Positions 37,015 to 44,676 of a DNA stretch of 57,756 nucleotides are shown piece after piece. Made by a program: the position numbers and the translations under genes. How positions within the stretch are numbered: the first letter of the stretch is position 1; every line of letters starts with the position of its first letter. A model generated the notes under the pieces. That model was not told where the DNA came from. It made no database searches and worked only from the letters and a program-made list of their open reading frames with translations. Source of the DNA: Escherichia phage vB_EcoS_PJ16; sequence record OQ955832.1, one strand, 5' to 3'.

Positions 37015-37399
37015 TGTGTTAATCACCGTTGTTGCAACCGTTCTTGTGTTAAGCATAGGTGCGTATACGTGTTACCACGCTGGGTATAAAGCACGGGTAA
37101 ATGAAGAACATCAGGAACGTTTAGACGATGCACAACGGGAACAACAACGGTTAAAGGCACAACAGGAACTGGCAGATGATGTACTTCGTGGTTTAGCTGA
37201 CTGGTCGCAGAATACTAAAATCGTGGAAATACGACATGAAAAGACTAATACTGTTTTTCGTAACGAGTGTCTTACTTCTGAATATCAACGCTTGTACAAC
37301 GAACGAGTTACCGAAGCAGAAGCCCGTTTATCAGGCCGCATTAGTTCAGAAGTGTCAGACCGAAAACCTTCCACGGCTGAACGGTCTGACAGGAAGTGA
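37001..37399 (+). CDS. i-spanin (Rz-like)
   Basis: N-terminal TM helix then charged coiled coil. Confidence 0.55.
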   Translation: MTTRSVLITVVATVLVLSIGAYTCYHAGYKARVNEEHQERLDDAQREQQRLKAQQELADDVLRGLADWSQNTKIVEIRHEKTNTVFRNECLTSEYQRLYNERVTEAEARLSGRISSEVSDRKPSTAERSDRK

Positions 37400-37484
37400 T
37401 TCAACAGATGTTAATGACCAGTGGTTAGATATTTATTTCAAATGTGCAACTATTCACAACGCATTAGTAGACAGTCTTCAGTAA
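37236..37484 (+). CDS. o-spanin (Rz1-like lipoprotein)
   Basis: Out-of-frame overlap with i-spanin; signal peptide with lipobox-like INAC. Confidence 0.5.
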   Translation: MKRLILFFVTSVLLLNINACTTNELPKQKPVYQAALVQKCQTENLPRLNGLTGSDSTDVNDQWLDIYFKCATIHNALVDSLQ

Positions 37485-37697
37485 ATCTTCAACCGATACT
37501 TCAATCCACGATGCGGGAACCGGATATTCAGTCCGGTACATGAACAAGGATGTTCCTATCAACCCGTGTGGATCTGTTTTAATCCCTCGCATGTTCAACA
37601 ATGGAAAAAACTGTTCGCGTGTTTGTGGCAACCGTGCAAAGCGTCCTGTCGGGCGTTTAGCAGGATCCATAGGGTTGAATTCAACGATTGTGGACAT
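37464..37697 (-). CDS. Hypothetical protein (77 aa)
   Basis: Track ORF; last gene of leftward replication operon. Confidence 0.4.
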   Translation of the reverse strand: MSTIVEFNPMDPAKRPTGRFARLPQTREQFFPLLNMRGIKTDPHGLIGTSLFMYRTEYPVPASWIEVSVEDLLKTVY

Positions 37698-37703
37698 AGT
37701 GAG

Positions 37704-38144
37704 TTACTCCAGTGAATAGATTGTAATTTCGCAATCAATGTTGTTCAATTTTTCATAAATCAAAGGTCTGACTACTGACCATGATAAACCACCATTTGAA
37801 CAACCTAATCGTGGTAATGAAACTGAACGTATTTTAAAGTGTCTGATGACTTTTATAAGATCGTCCAAACCATATTCAATCCATTGTAATTGTGAAGGAT
37901 TACACCAATGCTCTTTAGTTGGAAAATTAATAATTATCTGATTGTTTTCAGATGTGACAAACATTTTTCCAACTTTTACATGGTGTTGTTCACACGCTTT
38001 TCGGTACTGTTTAAAATTGTCAGGAAAGGTTCTTTTAAACGCTAAAGCAATACCTTTACCCATTACACCAACGCAATTCACCGTGTTTACTAGAGCATGT
38101 GAATTGCTTTTAAGAAGGTCCCCCGTGACTTCTATTACTGACAT
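37704..38144 (-). CDS. Macrodomain protein, TARG1/DarG-like
   Basis: GDLLxxNSHALVNTVNCVGVMGKGIALAFK and PRLGCSNGGLSW resemble TARG1-type macrodomain signature. Confidence 0.7.
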   Translation of the reverse strand: MSVIEVTGDLLKSNSHALVNTVNCVGVMGKGIALAFKRTFPDNFKQYRKACEQHHVKVGKMFVTSENNQIIINFPTKEHWCNPSQLQWIEYGLDDLIKVIRHFKIRSVSLPRLGCSNGGLSWSVVRPLIYEKLNNIDCEITIYSLE

Positions 38145-38649
38145 AACAATAACTCCTGTACGCTTGTCGTTTTATTTTCTGATAGTCGGAAACTTTTACA
38201 GATCTCGTTTTACATTCACCGATACGATATGGGTCGAAAACAAACATCACCTGTGAACGGTCATTTCCTCCTGCTGGTAACCTGGTGTCAGGATCTACAA
38301 ACGCTATACGACCTTTAAACACCCATAGTTCCGAACAATGTGTCAGTGCTTTGTGAAACCAGTCTGCAGACGTCATAGCGTTCACGAGTAATAACGAACC
38401 AGTTCCTTGATGAACAGTGGTTATTATTTTATTAACCCATGGAGACGGATCGCTGTATGGTGGATTACACCAGACGAACCCACCACCATTACTTTGAACA
38501 ATCGAATTCCAGTCTTTATTCAGACTATCAGTGATAAACAACGAACATTTAGCGTTAGAACCATCGGTACACACATCAAGAACAAGTGGGAATTCACGAG
38601 AAACGTTATCAATAAAATCCCACGGTGTTTCCCAGTTGTCTTTAGCCAT
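38110..38649 (-). CDS. DNA N6-adenine methyltransferase (phage Dam type)
   Basis: Track ORF 38110-38766 trimmed to ATG 38649 (GGAGAG RBS); WETPWDF, VLDVCTD, NPPY motifs. Confidence 0.7.
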   Translation of the reverse strand: MAKDNWETPWDFIDNVSREFPLVLDVCTDGSNAKCSLFITDSLNKDWNSIVQSNGGGFVWCNPPYSDPSPWVNKIITTVHQGTGSLLLVNAMTSADWFHKALTHCSELWVFKGRIAFVDPDTRLPAGGNDRSQVMFVFDPYRIGECKTRSVKVSDYQKIKRQAYRSYCYVSNRSHGGPS

Positions 38650-38995
38650 GTTCCGGTACGCTCTCCACGCTGTAATAAACGGGGATACCCAGACGTTCAG
38701 CTTCTGCAATTTCCGCAATAGTCCCGGACGAACGACGATAATCAGGAAGCACCAGAACAGCGTCACAGCGGCGCATAATTTCTAACGTGCCTGACAGGTA
38801 GTATTCAGGTTGTATATTGCGTAAACCTCCGTCAAAGTCCCACAATTCGGTGTTCTTGTGAGGGATAACAGGGAACCACCCCGGACGTTGTAAAGCAAGT
38901 CGTTTACCTGCCTGTTCAGCGCGTGACACGTTACGGGATGTTTTAAGCGCACAGTCAGCACGATAAGGCCCGGCAATGTAACAGAGTTTAATCAT
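38642..38995 (-). CDS. Nucleoside 2-deoxyribosyltransferase-like protein
   Basis: Track ORF 38642-39085 trimmed to ATG 38995; IAGPY start and DAVLVLPDYRRSSGTIAEIAEAERLGIPV resemble the fold signature. Confidence 0.5.
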   Translation of the reverse strand: MIKLCYIAGPYRADCALKTSRNVSRAEQAGKRLALQRPGWFPVIPHKNTELWDFDGGLRNIQPEYYLSGTLEIMRRCDAVLVLPDYRRSSGTIAEIAEAERLGIPVYYSVESVPEHG

Positions 38996-39219
38996 GGTTG
39001 TTTTCCTGCATCTGTATAATGAGCTATGATTTCTTCCAAACAATTTATTGTGAAGAGAAATTTTAAACCAACCCGACATTCCCAAATATGTTCTCTCAGA
39101 TCTCTTGGGTCGGTGTACCCTCCGACAATAATAAAATTTTTAATCTCTTGTTTATATTTATCGGGAACGAAGTTGAAAAAGTCACGTTTAGTCTTAATTT
39201 CCCGACTGAATCTACTCAT
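38992..39219 (-). CDS. Hypothetical protein (75 aa)
   Basis: Track ORF, ATGA-coupled. Confidence 0.4.
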   Translation of the reverse strand: MSRFSREIKTKRDFFNFVPDKYKQEIKNFIIVGGYTDPRDLREHIWECRVGLKFLFTINCLEEIIAHYTDAGKQP

Positions 39220-39748
39220 GACGATTCATTCCTTCTAACATATCCCAGATAAGCGCAACACGACGCGGGTCAGTGCTGATAGTGTGTAAAGTTTCACATC
39301 CGTAATGCCATCCCCAGCGAACGGATAATTCTGACAGCAGATAACCACGGGAGTTAGCCAGTTCAGCCAGTTCACCAGGTTTGAACGTTGTTGTGTTAGG
39401 TTCTGTAAGAACACGAGTACCACAGATAGCGTCACTGATGCGCCACGGTTTCATCAGGTCATCAACTTTGTACCAGTTACTGATACTGATTTCAGACGTT
39501 CCCCAGCGTGCAGCCAGTTTCAGACGTTCCTGACGGGCCGGGAACATTGGCATTTGTGGTAAACGCAGTTGGGTCTGTTCTGCAGGTTCGAACATGTCAT
39601 CGTCTGTTAAACGAAATTCACCACGGTCATCAATATAAAAACCACGGGAACGACCATCACGGGTGAACCCGTCAACACGGTTGTAAATTTTACCGGGAGT
39701 AAAGACACCAATCGGTGAACCAGCTACAAATTTGTGTGAAGTATGCAT
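39212..39748 (-). CDS. Hypothetical protein (178 aa)
   Basis: Track ORF. Confidence 0.5.
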   Translation of the reverse strand: MHTSHKFVAGSPIGVFTPGKIYNRVDGFTRDGRSRGFYIDDRGEFRLTDDDMFEPAEQTQLRLPQMPMFPARQERLKLAARWGTSEISISNWYKVDDLMKPWRISDAICGTRVLTEPNTTTFKPGELAELANSRGYLLSELSVRWGWHYGCETLHTISTDPRRVALIWDMLEGMNRHE

Positions 39749-39787
39749 TGTTATCGCCTCAATAAGTTTTAAATAATTCTATACGGT

Positions 39788-41644
39788 TTACCGAAGTGGT
39801 GCAACGAGTTTTTCAGCTTCTTTGATGTAAAAATCATAATTGAGTGTTGCCCGGTTAAAACGTTTCATGTCGTTACATTCCGTGGTCAACCAACCTTTAC
39901 ACACGGACATGCGGCGTTCAGGCGCGTCAGGGTTCAGTTTCAGTGATTTTGCCAGCGGTGGCATGACTTTTGTCAACGGTGCACCATCTGTACTGACGTA
40001 ATAACGGGTAATGTTCTGAACCTGTTTATCACCCCATAATAACTTGCTGTTACGCGGTACTTTCGTCACCAACATAAAATCGTGAATGTCTTCGTGTGAT
40101 GTTATAAAATCACGAATGTCTTTATTGTGTACCAGTGCTGCTTCAGCCGCTTTTGCGACAACCTGCATACTGTGGTTTTGATGCCAACCAAGGTCAACAC
40201 TGTGGCAATAAGCACCTTTACGTTTAACTTTCTTACCACCTTCATAAACAGCGATGTAGTTATTTACATCGCGGATAAACATCACGTCATAAATCGCTTC
40301 TTCAAGCTGGAGTCTGGTTAATTTTTCCCACGCGTGACGAACCTGTTCTACTTGTCCGATAAATACTCGTGGTACGTAAACAGTAAGACCATCTGTGTTA
40401 GCCTGAATCATGGATAAACCAGGGATTTTCAGAAGTTCTTCAGCCAACATGCACAAAAGTAACTGTCCATTAATCGTAATAGCCATTGTATAAGCAGGAT
40501 CGTAGAATGGACTGTATACGTTATTACTGTCACCATACACACCGTTTAATGCCAGTTTTAACATTGCATTTTCTGGTGTACCTTTCGGGTAACTGGAACG
40601 CATGTCATAAACATTTTTATAAATGGTGCAAAATTGTTTTCCCAAATGTGCAGGGTAAAGTTCATTACTAATCGCAAGGTTTGGATAAAAACTGGCAACA
40701 TCCAAATCGATGATCACATAATTTTCAGTGGACCTTATAGTTTGAGATTCAATAGACCCGTGGATACCACCCGTACCAAAATCAAACGAGAACCCGTTAA
40801 TATCTGCGCTTAAATCAGTAAACACACCTTTTGTTTCAGTGATGACCTGTTGACGTAACCAGTTAAGAACACGATTAAATTCAGGCTGTTCAAAACGGAC
40901 ATAAGGGAAAATCACGCTGTTCAATGCGATTGATAGTCTGTGCGTCTGTCGTGGTTTTCTGCTACCCGGTTCGAAACATTGAATACCTGATTTTTCAAGT
41001 TCCATAATGAAATAGTCTTTACCGATTTTCGTGTCATTATGGTTCATGAAATTACGACCGTATTTAGCAGAAAGTTCACGACGAAAATCTATCAGCTTTT
41101 TACTGTGTTTATAAAACATCAAAGTCGCTTTCAAATCGTGTATCAGATATTGACGAAGCGTATCAATTTGAGAATTGGTTAAATAAGTCCCTGGTGTAAA
41201 CGGGAGGTCTTCAATGTTTTCCATTCTCATATTGAATTCAAGTGTTTTCAGACTTGTTCGTTTTGCCTGATTGTCGAAATGATGAATTTTATACAAATCA
41301 AGCTGGGGAACTATCCAGTCTTTTTCCCACACCATATGAGCAAAACGATTTTCATCACCAGCGTTAATTATCGAATCACCTTTTTTGTAAATGTCTGCGT
41401 TGGTGATATACATGATGTTGTTCAAAATAGAATGCTGAACAGGATAGTCGTAACCCAGATTGTTATAACCAACTTCTTCAGCACGATGTTCACGCAAATA
41501 TTCTGTGAACAGGTAAAAAGCCTGACGATCGTCGCGACGATGTGAAATCTCAAAAATATAAGGTGTTTCAGTTAATGCGTGAATAGCACCGAACAGGAAA
41601 ACATTAGGATAGTTTTCAATATCGTGAACGTAAGCATCTGACAT
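39788..41644 (-). CDS. DNA polymerase, family B-like (compact)
   Basis: 618 aa; motif A DLDVASFYPNL, motif B KLALNGVYG, motif C-like ANTDGL, exo I-like HDIEN. Confidence 0.75.
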   Translation of the reverse strand: MSDAYVHDIENYPNVFLFGAIHALTETPYIFEISHRRDDRQAFYLFTEYLREHRAEEVGYNNLGYDYPVQHSILNNIMYITNADIYKKGDSIINAGDENRFAHMVWEKDWIVPQLDLYKIHHFDNQAKRTSLKTLEFNMRMENIEDLPFTPGTYLTNSQIDTLRQYLIHDLKATLMFYKHSKKLIDFRRELSAKYGRNFMNHNDTKIGKDYFIMELEKSGIQCFEPGSRKPRQTHRLSIALNSVIFPYVRFEQPEFNRVLNWLRQQVITETKGVFTDLSADINGFSFDFGTGGIHGSIESQTIRSTENYVIIDLDVASFYPNLAISNELYPAHLGKQFCTIYKNVYDMRSSYPKGTPENAMLKLALNGVYGDSNNVYSPFYDPAYTMAITINGQLLLCMLAEELLKIPGLSMIQANTDGLTVYVPRVFIGQVEQVRHAWEKLTRLQLEEAIYDVMFIRDVNNYIAVYEGGKKVKRKGAYCHSVDLGWHQNHSMQVVAKAAEAALVHNKDIRDFITSHEDIHDFMLVTKVPRNSKLLWGDKQVQNITRYYVSTDGAPLTKVMPPLAKSLKLNPDAPERRMSVCKGWLTTECNDMKRFNRATLNYDFYIKEAEKLVAPLR

Positions 41645-41724
41645 AATAAAATCCTGATAAGTAAATGGGGCGCTATGGCCCCATGTCTGTTTAAAGCGGT
41701 ATGTCGTCCCAGTTCCAGTAACTA

Positions 41725-42588
41725 TCAGTAACCGTTACCGTTGAGAAAATTAGGGGCCGGGGTGGTCATTACCATATAACCGTTAGCGATCAGTTGTTCA
41801 TCGTTCCAACCTTGCGCAATAAACTGTTCGTAAGTTGCACCACCTGCTTTTTCAGTCATTACCTTCACAGGCGCTGCTACAGGTGCTGCCGCTGGTGTAG
41901 GCGCTGCTACAGGTGCTGCCGCTGGTATAGGCGCTGCTACAGGTGCTGCCGCTGGTGTAGGCGCTGCTACAGGTGCTGCCGCTGGTGTTACGCCGATCGG
42001 ACGTGCACCTTCAGGCATTGCAGGTGCAGCACCGAACACAGAGGCCGGAGCCGGACCGGAAATGATTTCTTCACCTGCATAAAGCAATTGCGCCATTTCC
42101 ATATTGATATACACACCAGCCTGATTACCTGTACGACCGTTTGCAACAGATGACCCGCTGATACGGTAGTAATACCCTTTTTTCGCCAGATTTTTATCAA
42201 TAACTGGCTGGTACGCTGCGTTATAAACAGGACACGCGTCAATAGCCACGTTGCGTGAGAAACCAATAACCCAGTGACCAGCATAACCCGTTTTACTCGC
42301 ATGTTTCGGATCGTCACCGTTAATAATTTTCCATGCGAAAGTTGGTTGTTGTGGTTCGCCGTTCACATAGTGTGAGTTAGCCGCTCGCATGATCGCCTGG
42401 AATACCGTACCCAGTTCACCTTGTTCTTCCCACCAGTTCGCCGCTGTTTTAGGAAACGCCAGACCAACCCACCAGTTATGTTTTTCAGGTGCTAACGGTT
42501 TATTTTCGTGGTCATGAGTGTTGATGTCGAAAAAAGAACCGCCAACCAGACGACCAACCGGAGTTACAAAAGATTCTTTCTGTGCCAT
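41725..42588 (-). CDS. ssDNA-binding-like protein (DUF2815-like, putative) with Pro/Ala repeat linker
   Basis: N-terminal VTPVGRLVGGSFF pattern; four PTPAAAPVAA repeats; sits between nuclease and polymerase. Confidence 0.4.
   Translation of the reverse strand: MAQKESFVTPVGRLVGGSFFDINTHDHENKPLAPEKHNWWVGLAFPKTAANWWEEQGELGTVFQAIMRAANSHYVNGEPQQPTFAWKIINGDDPKHASKTGYAGHWVIGFSRNVAIDACPVYNAAYQPVIDKNLAKKGYYYRISGSSVANGRTGNQAGVYINMEMAQLLYAGEEIISGPAPASVFGAAPAMPEGARPIGVTPAAAPVAAPTPAAAPVAAPIPAAAPVAAPTPAAAPVAAPVKVMTEKAGGATYEQFIAQGWNDEQLIANGYMVMTTPAPNFLNGNGY
41871..41990 (-). repeat. 30-bp tandem repeat x4 (in-frame, Pro/Ala-rich)
   Basis: gcgctgctacaggtgctgccgctggtgtag repeated with 1-2 substitutions. Confidence 0.85.
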
Positions 42589-42603
42589 GTTATTAACCTT
42601 CTT

Positions 42604-43749
42604 TTAAAGTGGACGTGCGCCAGTCGGCATCGTCACGGGTTTATTAAAAACAGATTCTGCCAGTGTGCTGTGACCTTTACGCGGGTCACTGTCAGGTACT
42701 AAAACTGGCTGACCTTCTGGTTTTGTAGTACACATGTCAACAAGTGCCGGGGGCAGTGATTTTTCCAGTGTTGACAACGGTTTTAATTTACGTTCGTACA
42801 ATGTTTCAGGGTTTACACCAAACATGGGTGCAGCACCGATCAGTTTTCCTTCGTCCGTAAGCTGACGTCGGGTTTGCTTTGTTGCGAGTTTAAAACCCGG
42901 TAAAGCCTTACCCATGCGAACAAAATGTAACCCCTGAGTATGTAACGCTGTTTTTGCTTCAGAAGAACGCGTATACAGTTCTTCAAGAAGTGCCAGACGA
43001 CGCGCTACTTCTTCTGGCGTAAGTGATGCTGGTGCATCAAGAACAGTAGCCAATTCTAAAACCCTCTCATACATCGCCGGACACATACCACGCGCCGGAC
43101 AGTAATGACAATGACTACCAACATTTAACGGTGCGTCTGGTTTATGTGCTTCGTTAAACCCGTGTTTAAATCGTTCAACCCAGTCCATCAATGTCACCCG
43201 GTTAAACTCCCATCGTCTTACAGGTCCGAGTGGGTGATAAGCCCGTGGCTGAACGATTGTGAACACAACACGCTTAACAGTATCAATACAACGTTGATCC
43301 AGTGCGTAATAGATCCCCTGTGAGTTATCAACTGCTTCAACTGCAACATGACCGTATTTATAATCCCATACGTAAAGCGTATCAGTATTAAAGTCATACC
43401 AGCGATAATCACAGGTTCCGTACTGACCGGGTAACAACCAGTCAATGTGAATGCGAACTTCTGAAAACAGCGGATCGAGTTTCGCACCAACTGAAAGAAC
43501 ATCTGCTATAAAGTCATCCGCGTAAATGTGCATGTCTTCAGTAACCTGAACACCGTTAGGAGCAAGACACGGCATTAATGGCGGTTTACCTTTAATCTTC
43601 TGTTCTAACACCCAGTGCCCGGCTGTACCTTCTTCAGCACTGGGTGACGATGGTTCTACATAGTCAATCCGCTGTGACAGTTGAACGCTACCCGGACAAG
43701 CTAACCAACGTTTTGATCCACTGGCACTAAAGGTAGCGTGACTTGTCAT
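42604..43749 (-). CDS. PD-(D/E)XK nuclease, DUF2800 (Cas4-like) family
   Basis: N-terminus HATFSASGSKRWLACPGS and C-terminal Cys cluster CHYCPARGMC. Confidence 0.65.
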   Translation of the reverse strand: MTSHATFSASGSKRWLACPGSVQLSQRIDYVEPSSPSAEEGTAGHWVLEQKIKGKPPLMPCLAPNGVQVTEDMHIYADDFIADVLSVGAKLDPLFSEVRIHIDWLLPGQYGTCDYRWYDFNTDTLYVWDYKYGHVAVEAVDNSQGIYYALDQRCIDTVKRVVFTIVQPRAYHPLGPVRRWEFNRVTLMDWVERFKHGFNEAHKPDAPLNVGSHCHYCPARGMCPAMYERVLELATVLDAPASLTPEEVARRLALLEELYTRSSEAKTALHTQGLHFVRMGKALPGFKLATKQTRRQLTDEGKLIGAAPMFGVNPETLYERKLKPLSTLEKSLPPALVDMCTTKPEGQPVLVPDSDPRKGHSTLAESVFNKPVTMPTGARPL

Positions 43750-44501
43750 CAGAATGCCCCACCCATTTGTTTAACAGACTCAGCCTGACCGACAATATTT
43801 TCAGCATCAGCAGGGGCAGCGTTGATACGTTCAATCAGTTCGATGATAGATTTCAGTTTCACCGGGTCATCAATTTGCATCACGTTCTGAGTTTCATACA
43901 GTCCCATGATTCGCTGACTTAACGGCGCAGCACGGTCACCCGTAATTTGTCCAAACATCTGCATCAGTGCTGACTGAAGAACCTGGGTGTTATAAACTTT
44001 AGCCGGATCCGTGGTTACAGGTTGCTCAGCAGGCGCGACTGGTGCTGCTGGTGCTGCTGGTACAACTGGAGCTACCGGAGCGGCAGGAACCGCTGGAGCA
44101 GGATCAACAGGTGCTACATAACCCGGTGCAAGTTCTGCAGGTCCAGTATAACGCCCTGCTTCAACTGCTTCAGCGATAAGTTCACGTTTAACACCGTCAA
44201 CAAACGCTTCATCCAGTTTTTTCTTCTGACGCCACAGACCGTCACCTTTGTTCAGGGATTTACTGTCAGTGTGGATACGCGGATCATGACGCAAACCCCA
44301 TTTGTCGAACTCTTCAGTGCTGGTTTCGTTATCGTCAACATCTTCAGTTGGTGCAGATACAACAGGTAGTGATTCAGCAACGACAGAAACGATTTCTTCT
44401 TTCGTAATCGGTGAGACACTTTTACCAGCAATCGCCGCTGCCAGATTGTTGATCGCAGTTTCCAGACCCGGAGCAGTTACAAGTAATTTAACTTCGAACA
44501 T
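43749..44501 (-). CDS. Hypothetical protein with Pro/Ala-rich linker (250 aa)
   Basis: Track ORF; first gene after promoters 44557/44620. Confidence 0.5.
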   Translation of the reverse strand: MFEVKLLVTAPGLETAINNLAAAIAGKSVSPITKEEIVSVVAESLPVVSAPTEDVDDNETSTEEFDKWGLRHDPRIHTDSKSLNKGDGLWRQKKKLDEAFVDGVKRELIAEAVEAGRYTGPAELAPGYVAPVDPAPAVPAAPVAPVVPAAPAAPVAPAEQPVTTDPAKVYNTQVLQSALMQMFGQITGDRAAPLSQRIMGLYETQNVMQIDDPVKLKSIIELIERINAAPADAENIVGQAESVKQMGGAF

Positions 44502-44531
44502 TACATTTTCCTCTTGTTGTTTGGTTGTCGC

Positions 44532-44578
44532 TAACTTTAAAAGGTGTTGTGTAATCTGTCAAGAATTATTTTACACTC
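44532..44578 (-). promoter_or_regulatory. sigma70-type promoter with UP element (conserved family)
   Basis: -35 TTGACA (44557-44562), 17-bp spacer, -10 TAAAGT (44534-44539). Confidence 0.6.
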
Positions 44579-44593
44579 ACCTTTCGTTGATGC

Positions 44594-44641
44594 AGATGTT
44601 AGAGGAATAAGTTGCAATGCGTCAAGAACTATTTTAAACTT
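44594..44641 (-). promoter_or_regulatory. sigma70-type promoter with UP element (conserved family), tandem second copy
   Basis: -35 TTGACG (44620-44625), 18-bp spacer, -10 TAACAT. Confidence 0.55.
44612..44640 (+). promoter_or_regulatory. Putative divergent plus-strand promoter
   Basis: TTGCAA-17 bp-TAAACT; 37 nt upstream of helicase GTG start. Confidence 0.4.
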
Positions 44642-44676
44642 TTTTCACGATTCGATATTAGCTGAAGGAAAGATAC

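Noticed and set aside
41871-41990. Possible CRISPR array suggested by regular tandem repeats (also 56799-56916)
   Set aside because: Repeats are contiguous with no spacers, lie in frame within CDSs and encode peptide repeats; not CRISPR.
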